From assembly GCF_001194135.2 (NCBI RefSeq), contig NC_068991.1, positions 24,096,895-24,151,338 on the forward strand: a stretch of DNA of 54,444 nt, given 5' to 3'. The notes below the pieces were generated by a model that searched no databases, had not been told where the DNA came from, and saw nothing but the letters and a program-made list of their open reading frames with translations. Positions 12,318 through 24,118 of the stretch are shown one piece after another. The DNA comes from Octopus bimaculoides (taxonomy: Eukaryota). Both the position numbers and the translations under genes were made by a program. Position 1 is the first letter of the stretch, and each line of letters starts with the position of its first letter.

Positions 12318-13127
12318 NNNNNNNNNNNNNNNNNNNNNNNNNNNNNNNNNNNNNNNNNNNNNNNNNNNNNNNNNNNNNNNNNNNNNNNNNNNNNNNNNNN
12401 NNNNNNNNNNNNNNNNNNNNNNNNNNNNNNNNNNNNNNNNNNNNNNNNNNNNNNNNNNNNNNNNNNNNNNNNNNNNNNNNNNNNNNNNNNNNNNNNNNNN
12501 NNNNNNNNNNNNNNNNNNNNNNNNNNNNNNNNNNNNNNNNNNNNNNNNNNNNNNNNNNNNNNNNNNNNNNNNNNNNNNNNNNNNNNNNNNNNNNNNNNNN
12601 NNNNNNNNNNNNNNNNNNNNNNNNNNNNNNNNNNNNNNNNNNNNNNNNNNNNNNNNNNNNNNNNNNNNNNNNNNNNNNNNNNNNNNNNNNNNNNNNNNNN
12701 NNNNNNNNNNNNNNNNNNNNNNNNNNNNNNNNNNNNNNNNNNNNNNNNNNNNNNNNNNNNNNNNNNNNNNNNNNNNNNNNNNNNNNNNNNNNNNNNNNNN
12801 NNNNNNNNNNNNNNNNNNNNNNNNNNNNNNNNNNNNNNNNNNNNNNNNNNNNNNNNNNNNNNNNNNNNNNNNNNNNNNNNNNNNNNNNNNNNNNNNNNNN
12901 NNNNNNNNNNNNNNNNNNNNNNNNNNNNNNNNNNNNNNNNNNNNNNNNNNNNNNNNNNNNNNNNNNNNNNNNNNNNNNNNNNNNNNNNNNNNNNNNNNNN
13001 NNNNNNNGTAGAAATAAGAAATAGAAATTCCTTTAATACTTAGATAAAGTGGAAAAATTATCAGAAATGCCACTTCTATTCCTTTTTCAAATATCCATGT
13101 TTATATACACACACACGCACGCACATA

Positions 13128-13163
<36 letters not shown>

Positions 13164-13181
13164 TGTATGTATGTATGTATA

Positions 13182-13253
13182 CTTTTATTTGTTGCATTCA
13201 TTTGACTGCGGCCATGCTGGTACACCGCCTTTAGTCGAACAAATCGACCCCAG
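13182..13253 (-). mobile_element. SINE family B extreme 3' end
   Basis: CATTTGACTGCGGCCATGCTGGTACACCGCCTTTAGTCGAACAAATCGACCCCAG nearly identical to 4784-4838. Confidence 0.8.
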
Positions 13254-13497
13254 ATATACAGGAATGCGTGTGTGTGTGTGTGTGTCTGTGTCTGTGTGCG
13301 TGCGTGTGTATAAGCAGTTGGCTCTACCCGAGTCTTTAAGGCCTCGGGTAGATTGCATTTTGGTGATCGTTCCAGCTCTCAGAACTGTGGGTTAAAATCC
13401 TAACGAGGTCAATTCTTCTCTACCCTTCACCTTTTTCGTATCTGTTTCTGTCTTCCTTTTCCGAAGAAATCGACTATGGTCACATCTGGAGAGGGCT

Positions 13498-13534
13498 GGG
13501 GTATAAAATTGGGGTATAAAATTGGGGTATAAAA
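13498..13534 (+). repeat. 13-bp tandem repeat GGGGTATAAAATT x2.8
   Basis: Direct inspection. Confidence 0.9.
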
Positions 13535-13975
13535 GTGTCCAAGACACACTGTATGTCAGGACAGCGCCCTTCAGTTCCATCAAGGAATTAAGGGCTCATG
13601 GCATGGCGTGACACATATTCTTTAACAAGCTCAGTGGCTATTCGCGACACTAGCGCTTGTTCTAGTACTTTTAATCTATATATATCGCTGGCTTTGAGAT
13701 GAGTCGCTGTTATTTCTAGCAGTCGAGCGTCCATCATTGACAAGACAAAGGAAAGTCGAAATCATGTGTTTTGGAGATTTCGAAGCAGGAAGTAGTAGGT
13801 ATTCATCTCCCCGCTAGCGATATAAACAAGAGTGCATTTTGCACCAAAAGCCATTATAAAAGTTTCTCTCGTGGTTTCTACCGCAGTATAATTTGTTCTA
13901 ACAGAACATCCACGTTTAAGTGGGGATAAATATTACCTTTCGGTATCAATACTACATTTGTGCGCACGCGCGTGT

Positions 13976-14019
<44 letters not shown>

Positions 14020-14479
14020 CTCTCCGTCTATTTTCTACCTATTTCACTTCTGTTTTCTTCTCTCTCTTCCACAATGCTTAGTTCAGCCACGCCGTTTTCT
14101 TCCATACAGCCATGAAAAAAAATGAGACTAGCAAACAATAAAGCCTGACTTCTTTTTATAATATTTATTGGTTATAGATACAACAAATACAACATTCGGT
14201 TATTTAGAGTTTCGATGGACAGTCCTCACACAGTGTCGTCTATAGCAGAGAATACTTCTATACCTCTCAAGTAGTTTGATACATACATACATACATACAT
14301 ACATACATACATACATACATGCATACATACATTCATACATACATACATACATACATACATACATGCTTACATACGTACATACGTACATAGTACATAGTAC
14401 GTACATGCATACGTATGTATGTATGTATGTATGTATGTATGTATGTATGTATGTATGAATGTATGTATGTATTATCATT

Positions 14480-15425
14480 CATTTCAATCAACTCTAGTGT
14501 TCGCAAGGCTTCGATTTTATCCAAAACCATCTTCCTTCTATATACCAATGATCTACTTGCCGCCACATCCCAAAACGCTCACGTTTATGCAGATGACATG
14601 ACCTCTCATTGTTCTCTAACTTTACTCCTCTCATGCACTAACCGCGTTCAGACTAGATACCACTCGCTGAACACATATTGATTTCATAAACAGAGATCTT
14701 GAGAGCATCCTCCTGTGGTCCATGTCAAGTTTCTCCCTTTTAACAGTAAAAAAAACTCACAGTAAGAAGTACTCACGAGTAACAATCAACTAAAGGCTTC
14801 ACAGTTACTCCAAATGTTGGGTCTTACTGTCACCGAATAGCTCTATGGCGAAAGCAAATCCGTAGCATAGGATTCCTAACACTAACTCCTCTTTTTGCTA
14901 TATTTCATCCCCCAACAACTGCTGACACTTTACAAGACTCATGTGAGGCCCACGGTTGAGTACTTCAGCCGAAATTTCGAATGGTACTGCTATTATACAC
15001 AAACATCCTGGATAATATCCAGAGGGTCTACTCAACTGGCTGGCATTCAATCACTAATAACTTCTGAACCACGGATGTGCTGTCTCCTCTCTATCTTTTC
15101 TGTTACTAGTATAATGGCGGCTTTCATATCTCTACCGGTCGTACATCTCTAATCCACACGCTTCTCTTTTTCTTGTCACTCTTGTTGCGTCTACCCCCTA
15201 TTGTCTCGCACTATCCACTATACATTCAATACTTTTTCCTCTGGAATATCCTCCTTGGTCCTGACTTTCTTTCAGGTGTTAACTTGCATTTTAAACAGAA
15301 CATCAATAGCAGCAATTTCGCCTGTCTCGGAAAGTCAGCAAAGATCTAAGATTTTACACCTTCTTCCAAGTAAAAAAAAAAACAAACAGAAAGCAAAAAA
15401 AAATAAATAAATAAATAAAAATAAG
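14480..15425 (+). mobile_element. Degenerate CR1/L2-group LINE: RT C-terminal half with A-rich tail
   Basis: INSSVRKASILSKTIFLLYTNDLL...HVYADDMT resembles the RT GVPQGSxLxPxLFxxYxNDL and YADD motifs. QQLLTLYKTHVRPTVEY resembles the post-RT LYKxxxRPxxEY motif. Frameshifted; poly-A/(TAAA)n tail at 15370-15425. Confidence 0.8.
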
Positions 15426-15813
15426 AATGTGCTCATGTTCAAACGAATGTTTCCTTAACAAACAGTAATTATGACAAAATCTATGGAATCTAGAAAAGTA
15501 TTTTTATATATAAAGTGAATAACTTTTCTTATGACATTTTGGTAGAAATATATATTTCCTATATCAGCTGACCTCATCAAATTAATCTTTATAAGGAGCA
15601 TCTTTTCAACCAAAACCTATATGATGTTTGTGTGCCTAGCTGACACTTAGACCGTGTATTTCAAATCTATCAAACTAACACAATGAGATCGTATCAATCT
15701 ATTTAATCTTTTATTTCTTTTATACTCTAGTCTCAATAGAAATAGAACAATGACCTTGCAATTACAGAGACTCGCAGACAGATGAGATTATTGATATGGG
15801 TGACACCCAGTCT

Positions 15814-15989
15814 GATTATCTGAAGGACAATGTCTGCAAGATTATGAGAAAAGCAATGTCCATAAGATTATCTTAATGGCAATATCTGTAAGATTATTAT
15901 CTGGAAGACAATGTCAGTAAGGTTTCCCCTCGGACAATGTCTGCAAAATTATCTGAAGAATAATGTCTGCAAGATTATCTGGAGGATAA
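15814..15989 (+). repeat. Degenerate 26-bp minisatellite (GATTATCTGAAGGACAATGTCTGCAA) x~6.6
   Basis: Units begin at about 15814, 15840, 15866, 15892, 15921, 15947 and 15973. Confidence 0.85.
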
Positions 15990-16384
15990 TTCATGAAAAA
16001 TAAACGAATACTAACTATGTTTAAAATCTCTCCTAAAGACACACACGGGCCTATAATAGTGGTGCTAAATAGGGAGGTATGCTAGTATTACCACCGAATC
16101 TAATTAGTAGCCAAAGGGCGTATTTAATTAATCATCATTGACAGGTTATAGTTTTATAATTCACTTGCTTTTGTACATTCTGCTCTAACAGATCAAAGAT
16201 ACTGTTACTGCTGTTGTTATTGTTGTTGCTGTTGTTGACATTAGTGCATAACCATTGTCAGCACTTGTTGAATAAAATCACTACACGTAGAACTATAGCT
16301 TGTTGGTAGAAAGATGAATAACTGCAATAGGCCTAAGTGGAACTCAGTAAAAGTTAATATCTTCCTTAAACCTTTACTCATGCC

Positions 16385-16426
16385 TAGAACTGAAGAGACA
16401 CAAAGATGTCGAAACACAGGTGTTTC
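16385..16426 (+). ncRNA. Minimal hammerhead-ribozyme-like core, probably degenerate
   Basis: CTGAAGA (16390-96), stem II GACA/TGTC with 6-nt loop, GAAA (16411-14), stem III CAC-AG-GTG, then TT. Stem I is weak. Confidence 0.4.
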
Positions 16427-17381
16427 AAAACCACCTTACATCACTGAACAGAGTGTGTTATCAACACACATCGTCTGAAGGAAATAGGTGTTCTCCAAAG
16501 GCCAAATACAACAGCGATTAACATACGTTCAAATCTGCCGAAATGCTTGGAATGAATATTGACACAATTTCTTCCATAAACCATTTTACTCTTAATACAG
16601 GATTCTCTACGATGATGATATTACTGAATGCCATTTGCTGTTGACAAATAAATATAAGGAACGACATTATCAAGACATTGTCATATGAGAGAGCTTGCAT
16701 TTCTAAGGCGATGATCTACCATATTCATCTCCTCGCTCTTTCTGCTGTCACCAAGAACTTTTGTTAACACTTGGAATCCAGGTCCATTACTGTGTCTTCT
16801 AGCCAGGCTCTGATCCTCTCCCTCTCCTTTATTTCTCTCCTTTACTCCCTGTGTGTGCATGCGTGTGTTTGGGTAGAGTAAATATTAGAAACAGAACTCA
16901 ATATATATGTAGGTTTTATATTTTCACAATTGGCAGAGAGTTACAAGAATGACTCTCGAGTCGAACGTTCGTGCATTGCATTTATCAATGCCCGCGCGTG
17001 CGTGCATGTGTACAAATGTATGTATACACACACACACACACCTAGGAAATATGTATAACCTGGATTTTATCTGTTCTATTCCATCAGTTTGGATTTTTAT
17101 TCGCATTCATAACAATCCTAAATGCTAACCGTAAACTATAAAAAAAAATTTCAGCTTTTTCAACTTCGATATAGCAGAAACCTACAACCTTCTACGCCAA
17201 TAAACTATTGTTCCTGAAAGTTGCTCTTTTTAGATCTACCACGGACTGCTCGAAACTTACTAACTTCCTACACCTAGACCCTTGGATATCTATACACTTT
17301 AAACACACACACACACACACACATAGATACAACAGTCGGTCCCAGGTTATATATATATATATGTGGGTGTGTGTGTGTGTG

Positions 17382-17650
17382 TGTGGTTAGGGCAGTGGAC
17401 TGGCGGTCGGAGGATCGCGGTTTCGATTCCCACACCGGGCGTTGTGCGTGTTTATTGAGCGAAAACACCTAAAGCTTCACAAGGCTCCAGCAGGGGGAGG
17501 TGGCAACCCCTGTTGTACTCTTTCGCCCCAACTTTATCTCACTCTTTGTTCCTGTTTCTTGAGTAAAAAACTGCGATGGACTGGCGTCCCGTCCAGCTAG
17601 GGGGGGGGGACACATACGCCATGGAAACCGGCTCTATGCTCCACAAGGGG
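17382..17650 (+). mobile_element. SINE with family D head and a V-domain-like 3' part
   Basis: 17382-17559 aligns with the reverse complement of 44681-44860; it then diverges into CTGCGATGGACTGGCGTCCCGTCCAG. Confidence 0.8.
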
Positions 17651-17744
17651 ATAAGAGGATTTNNNNNNNNNNNNNNNNNNNNNNNNNNNNNNNNNNNNNN
17701 NNNNNNNNNNNNNGTGTGTGTGTGTGTGTGCTTGTGTATATGTG

Positions 17745-17890
17745 TGTTTGTCTCCCACTACCGCTTGAACCTGATAGAATAAGTACCAGGCTTAGAAATA
17801 AGTACTGGGGTAGATTCATTTTACTAAAAATTGTTCAAGGCGGTGCCCCAGCGTGACTATAGACTAATGACTGAAACAAGTAAAAGAATC
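17745..17890 (+). mobile_element. SINE family B 3' half
   Basis: GATAGAATAAGTACCAGGC...AAGGCGGTGCCCCAGC...TGACTGAAACAAGTAAAAG. Confidence 0.8.
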
Positions 17891-18019
17891 AACGAATAAA
17901 AGAATATATATGGGTGTGTGTGCGTGCGTGTGTGTGTGCCTGTATATATGTATGTCTGTCAATCTATCTATATATATATATATATACATGTGCGCGCGTA
18001 CATACACGCGCACGCACGT

Positions 18020-18051
<32 letters not shown>

Positions 18052-18221
18052 TCGCTCTCACTAGCTACTCACATTGACTATCTCACCAGTATCTACATTG
18101 CGGTCGCTCACTGCCATTCTCAGCATCAACAGGTTGTCTTTATCTGATTTGGAATTTTTCAAGCGATGAATATCTGGAAGCCATACATAGTCTCTCTCTC
18201 TCTCACACACACATACACACT

Positions 18222-18253
<32 letters not shown>

Positions 18254-18461
18254 CAGTGCCCCTCTCTCTCTCTCTCTTTCTCTCTCTCTCTTTTTCACTG
18301 ACTCACTCTCTCTCTCTCTCTCTATCTCTCTCATTATATATCTCGCTGACATTGACAGATTGTGCTTATCTGATAGGAGAAAGAGGGAGAGGGAGAGAGA
18401 GAGAGAAAGAGAGATAAAAGGAAGGAAGGGAAAAAAACATCAACAAAAAAGGAAAGCAAGA

Positions 18462-18463
18462 AA

Positions 18464-18496
<33 letters not shown>

Positions 18497-18516
18497 TACT
18501 ACTACTACTACTTATG

Positions 18517-18568
<52 letters not shown>

Positions 18569-18569
18569 C

Positions 18570-18610
<41 letters not shown>

Positions 18611-18612
18611 TG

Positions 18613-18672
<60 letters not shown>
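18462..18672. repeat. Compound (ACT)n-(AAT)n microsatellite
   Basis: Direct inspection; source of the poly-T/N/I/Y ORFs. Confidence 0.95.
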
Positions 18673-18674
<2 letters not shown>

Positions 18675-20484
18675 CAAATAAACAAATAAACAAATAAACA
18701 ACGAAAAGCATAAACGAAGAAACAGGCCTTAAACCTCGGTAACTATTTCTGTGTTCTTCTCTTAACACATTTAAAAAGCTTATCTTACGTTATCTGGTAA
18801 AACAAATTCGCGCTAAATATACATGCTATCGAGAGAAAAAAAAAATTGTATATATTGAAGATAACCTTGCATGAAAAGCAATGGAACATGTTTGTTTTTT
18901 TTCTTTCTTTATAAATGCTAATTGAAAAATGGTAGGGTTTTATTGCTATTGCTGTTGTGTCCTTGCTTCAAGTAGAGACTCTAATCAAACAGATTTGTAA
19001 TCATATGCAATCCAGACTAACCCATTCTGTCTGTTTTTGTTTGTTTGATTGTTTGCTTTTTGGTTTTCAATTTTCTTTTTTAAGAATATTTTTTTTATTT
19101 TATCGTAGTTTATCGAGACTAAATAATACTTTCTATTTTAAGACTGCAGAGTAATCTGAGGTGGGATTAATTATTATGTCTAGCTGTGTCAGCGACCAGA
19201 TCGAGTTTCCCTCGTTGGTCAGAGAAATGCAGTCCATCATCACCATCATCATCTTGTCATCGTCTTTGTTGCCATCATCGTTGTCGTCGTTGTCATCATC
19301 ATCGTCACCGTTGTCGTCTTCCACCTCCTTGTTGTCATCATCTTCTTCGCCTCTTTCTTCTTCTTCTTCTTCTTCCCCCTCTTTTTCTCCTCCTCCTCCT
19401 CCTTCTTCTTTCCCATACTCTCTTCCGTTCCACAAGGGAGTAGTCCTCAAATTAAGTAATATGGAGCATAAAATAGCCGCCAATTCTCCATTTTGCCATT
19501 ATATCCCCACCTACACATCAATTGCATTTTATCCGACGTGCTAATGATTCTGGGCTGTGCGCTGCCTTATTAATAACAATTGTTTCGTATTTTGGTACAA
19601 TGCCAGCAATTTTAGGGAAAGAGGAAGTCTAAATGGAAGTCTAAAAAAACATTTTAACTGAGAATATGAAGAAAGCATTGCTAGTGTGCGGTGTCAAGAA
19701 CCTTAATTAACCGGACATAAACGACCGGAAGTCATTATTACAGGTCTCTGCTACTACTACAACCGCTACGAATGTAACACCTTTTTATGAACCGCAAAAT
19801 CATTGCAGATTTTCCACTTCAGATTTATTTTTATTCCAGAAAGAAAAAATCGATAATTTCCTGCAGAGCACTACGTCAGTAATAGATTAATTATACCTTT
19901 CACCACATAATCTTTAATTACATGCTCTCATAGCTGGGAGTTTAACCCCCAAACAATCTTCACTACAAAACTATGTTTATGCATAATGCTCGACGTCATA
20001 AGTCGTGGATAGAAATGCATAATTAATCTTGGATGACGTTTGTTTAGCCCATTCCGTACGTAAAAAATGTTTAGTAGATTCCATCTAGTCGCATGGAGAA
20101 AGAGACGAGTATATTGAATTCCTGAAAAAAATTTTAAGGTCTGTCGAAAATTGCAACAGTGTATATCCTGATTATGCTTCCAAAGTATTGAGTTCTAATT
20201 GAGAAGTATCTTCACAAGAAATGACATCAGTCCGTTACACCCGCCATGTTATGTGACCTCTTTTGGACACTTATTTGTAGCAGGACTCTATGAATGGTCC
20301 CTCCATAAACCTCTAACACTACAGCACAGCATAGCTGAATCTGAGAGAGAGAGAGAGAGAGAGGGGGGGCAGAGAGAAGAAGATAAAGGACGAGAGAGGG
20401 GAACAGAGAGGAAGAGAAGGAGAGAGAGAGAGAGAGAGAGAGTGAAAGTGAAAGAGAGAGAAAGATGTGGGCAAATTGAACCCA

Positions 20485-20895
20485 ATATCTGAGTAGTACC
20501 TTTATTTTATTGACCTCGAATGATTCAAGATTAAGTTGACTTTGGCGGAATTTGAACTCAGAACGCAAATCCTGATCACATTCTTTCATTAAGATGAGTT
20601 TTCATTAAAAATCATATTCAAAAGATCACAGAACATGAGTCTATGTTATATGGAGGGCGTGACAGACTGATGTCCGTTCTTTGGACACTTTTTATTGTGG
20701 GGGTCATACAAATAATCTTTCCATGACCCTTTAACAGTACAACATAACCGATTCCTGGGAAGAGGGGGAGAAATCGACTCCAGTGCTTTTCTAGTAATTT
20801 ATTTATCGATCAGAAAGAATGAGAGGCAAAGTTAACTTCAATGGAAATTGAACACAGAATGCAAAGCGCCGAAATAATTACCAAAGTACATTTGT
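20485..20895 (-). mobile_element. Two diverged SINE family A fragments (20485-20572 and 20745-20895)
   Basis: GGAATTTGAACTCAGAACG and GAGGCAAAGTTAACTTC...GAACACAGAATG motifs match family A. Confidence 0.6.
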
Positions 20896-20949
20896 TCTAT
20901 GCTCGAACTGTTCAGATACTTATCAGCACTTTATATGCTTATCTATACA

Positions 20950-21210
20950 TAATACATAACGCACTCAGCCGACCCCGCGGAAAAGTAAATAAGAACAGGT
21001 GCCTGACCGGCCGCTATCAGTTTGTGCCAGACACCGTCGAGACCTCAGGTGTTTTGGGATTCCGCTTTGCAGATTCCTCCGCAATATTGGATTGCGGTGA
21101 CCCGTCTAAAAAATGCGCCCTGTAAGGTAGAGTGACTGCTGCAGAGAGTTTCGTTGGCCATTCCCCGATGTAACGCCATCGCAGTCATGACCGCGGGTCG
21201 CGGCTTAAAA
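20950..21210 (+). mobile_element. CRE-clade-like non-LTR retrotransposon fragment (RLE endonuclease C-terminus)
   Basis: RYQFVPDTVETSGVLG resembles YxFVPxAxETxGxxG; after a frameshift, LLQRVSLAIPRCNAIAV resembles LxQRxSxAxQRGNA. Confidence 0.7.
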
Positions 21211-21353
21211 CGCCAGTTGTTCTGGGGTGGGGTGTGTTTTATTGCCCCTCCCCTGCACCTTCTGCTGCTTACGAACACCTTTTTACTTCATTCTCCATTT
21301 TCTGTTTCTTCGTTTCTTTGTGTTTAAATGTTATTAATAAAATATCTAGTAAA

Positions 21354-21570
21354 AAGGCGGTGAGCTGGCAGATTCGTTAGCAAACCAGGTGAAATGTGTT
21401 GTGGCATTTCGTCCGTTTTCACGTTCTGAGTTCAAATTCCACCGAGGTCAACTTCGCCTTTCATCTCTCCGGTGTCAATAAAATAAGTGTCAGTTGAGTA
21501 CTGGGGTCGACACAATCGATTTACCCCTTCCCCAAAATTACTGGCCTTGTGCCAAAATTTGAAATTATTA
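21354..21570 (+). mobile_element. SINE family A, full length
   Basis: AAGGCGGTGAGCTGGCAGATTCGTTAGC...GTTCTGAGTTCAAATTCC...GGCCTTGTGCCAAAATTTGAA. Confidence 0.9.
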
Positions 21571-21909
21571 AATATCTAATAAATCTGTTCTTTAATACAT
21601 GATAACACTAGTTAAATCTACGAAGATTTTTTTAATGGAACCTTGTTTACTTAGTCCGATCTTTTATGAGTCATTGCTTTTTATTTATGTTTCAGTTAGA
21701 GAAGGATGAGCGGCTGCTTTCACTCCTTTTAGGGCCTCTGAGACTGATTAGAGAAAGGGAAGAAGTTATTCTTTGACCAGGAATCTAATCCGAATGTTTG
21801 CAATAGGGTATCCTGTGATAAAGGTATGTAAGGTGGCAGGTCGCGGTGTTAAACTGGGCGATTGATTAAGTTTACCACTTCAGAGGAATGATCCCTTCAG
21901 TGGATTTCC

Positions 21910-22062
21910 ACACAGTCTATGTCTGCCAGATTTTACTCACAAGGCTCTGGACGATTCAAGACTAGTGTATAAAATACTTGCCCTTGGTGCTACGCAGGTG
22001 GATTGAACCTAAAACCATATAGTCGAGAATCGATCTATTTAACCACACAGCCGTGTTCGTGC
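21910..22062 (-). mobile_element. Diverged SINE family B head
   Basis: ACTCACAAGGC...ATACTTGCCC...ACCACACAGCC is the reverse complement of the family B 5' region. Confidence 0.6.
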
Positions 22063-22742
22063 CCACGTTAGTATGAGACATCATGCTTGCATTTTATTTC
22101 ACTTCTTTTACATAGGCACCCACAGACCTCTTTTAGCAAATAGTTTATGAATGTTAAGTGGTTCATAGATGAATAATTACCATATAATTGTAGATTAGTT
22201 TTCGTATAATTAACCATTTCAGCAATTATAATATTGGCACGCTTTACATTGTTATTTTGTCATTTAGAGAGATTATATGAGATCATTTTTCAAAACTGTC
22301 GTTTATTTACTGATACTCTATACTGTTAGAGCTCTGTTGCTACTCTCAACCGAAGAGTTATGCTGTACGAGCAGTTACCGTTACACCTTTAGTCTATTGC
22401 TTTTCGCTTTTCCAAGTGGAAAGCCAAGTAATCGTATTAACAATACTTCAGCTGTTTGGCTGTGCTAACTTTCGCTAAAGTGGATGTTAATGTACAAAAT
22501 ACTTGAAGCTAAAGTACAGCGAAATACGTGGTAAGAAATATAAAGCAAAAGCAATATTAATGATTAGTTAACGTCATTTTTTACATTTTCTCCGAAGCAC
22601 AGAAGAAAACTTTAGAATGCTTCTGATTGGCTTCACCAATGACGTATATTCTCGAGGTCATTTGCTGAACTAGTAGGGAACTGATTGTCAAATAATATAT
22701 TCATAAATATACGATTGTTTGTTCAAAATAATAAAATAGTTT

Positions 22743-22963
22743 AGGTGCAGGTGTGGCTGTGTGATAAGAAGCTTTCTTCCCAATCACTTGGTTCCGGTTT
22801 CAGTCCCACTACGTAACATCTTAGGCAAGTGTCTTCTACTATAGCTTCGGGCCGACCAAAACCTTGGAGTGGATTTGGTAGACGGAAACTGAAAGAAGAC
22901 CGTCGTATATATATATATATGTATATATGTTTGTGTGTCTGTGTTTGCCCCCCCCATCGCTTA
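22743..22963 (+). mobile_element. SINE family B 5' half, cut by a gap
   Basis: GGTGCAGGTGTGGCTGTGTGATAAGAAG...GGTTTCAGTCCCAC...GGAAACTGAAAGAAGACCGTCG then internal (TA)n. Confidence 0.85.
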
Positions 22964-23256
22964 NNNNNNNNNNNNNNNNNNNNNNNNNNNNNNNNNNNNN
23001 NNNNNNNNNNNNNNNNNNNNNNNNNNNNNNNNNNNNNNNNNNNNNNNNNNNNNNNNNNNNNNNNNNNNNNNNNNNNNNNNNNNNNNNNNNNNNNNNNNNN
23101 NNNNNNNNNNNNNNNNNNNNNNNNNNNNNNNNNNNNNNNNNNNNNNNNNNNNNNNNNNNNNNNNNNNNNNNNNNNNNNNNNNNNNNNNNNNNNNNNNNNN
23201 NNNNNNNNNNNNNNNNNNNNNNNNNNNNNNNNNNNATATATATATATATATATATA

Positions 23257-24118
23257 CGTGGTTTGATCAATAAGTATCCAGACTGTTGCCATAGAAACGA
23301 TGCTAAAGCACGCAGAGTAAAGCCGCTTGGCAGAGATTGACCTTGTACTCCGCTGTACATGCGCCTTAAGTTTTATCGTTCTAGCTCACTTCCGCTGTCA
23401 ACAGCAGTGCTTGGAAGTAACGTGTGTAGCGTTTGATCGTCGCATTGACCATGATAGAGAAAGCTGACCAGAGAATCTGCATCAAATTTTGCCAAAAGCT
23501 TGGCAATACCTACTCAGAGGCCTATGCAAAGTTTTCAAAAAGTTTTCATCGTTCTCGACACATTCAAGGAGATCTTGTGCAACTGAAACCCGAGTATCTT
23601 TTTGGTCAGCCGAAATCAGTTTTGGCACAAACTTGGCAGACACGCGTCTCTTCAGTGATTATGGACTGAACTGAATCGTAACTAATCTGCACATCCTCTG
23701 ATAACTCACGGATTTCCCCTTACAGATGCACGCACATCTGCGATGTTTTCTCAGTTCTGCTGGTTGTAGGTCTCCCGGAACGTTCGTCAATATCGAACGG
23801 CCATCATGGAAGCGTCTGAACCACTCGTACACTTGTGTGCGGCCCATACCCTCCTCTGCATACACTTTCTGCAACTTTGTGTGGGCCTCTGAGCAGGTAC
23901 CACCATGACAACTTTCTCTATCATGGCTAATGCGACGATCACACGCTACACACCTTCCTTCCAAGCACTGCTGTAAACAGCGGAAGTGAGCTAGAACGTT
24001 TAAACTTAGTGCGCATGCACAGCAGAGTTCACAGTCAATCTTTGTCAAGCGGCTTCACTCTGCATGCTTTAACTTCGTTTACTATGGCAATAGTCCGAAT
24101 ATTTATTGATCAAACCTC

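Noticed and set aside
16601-16688. Possible terminal exon ILYDDDITECHLLLTNKYKERHYQDIVI*
   Set aside because: Short, unrecognised and with no partner exons; expected by chance in 47 kb.
18360-19544. Poly-N/T/I/Y and Ser/Asp/Glu-rich ORFs
   Set aside because: Trinucleotide microsatellites open in several frames on both strands, with no domain signal or splice context.
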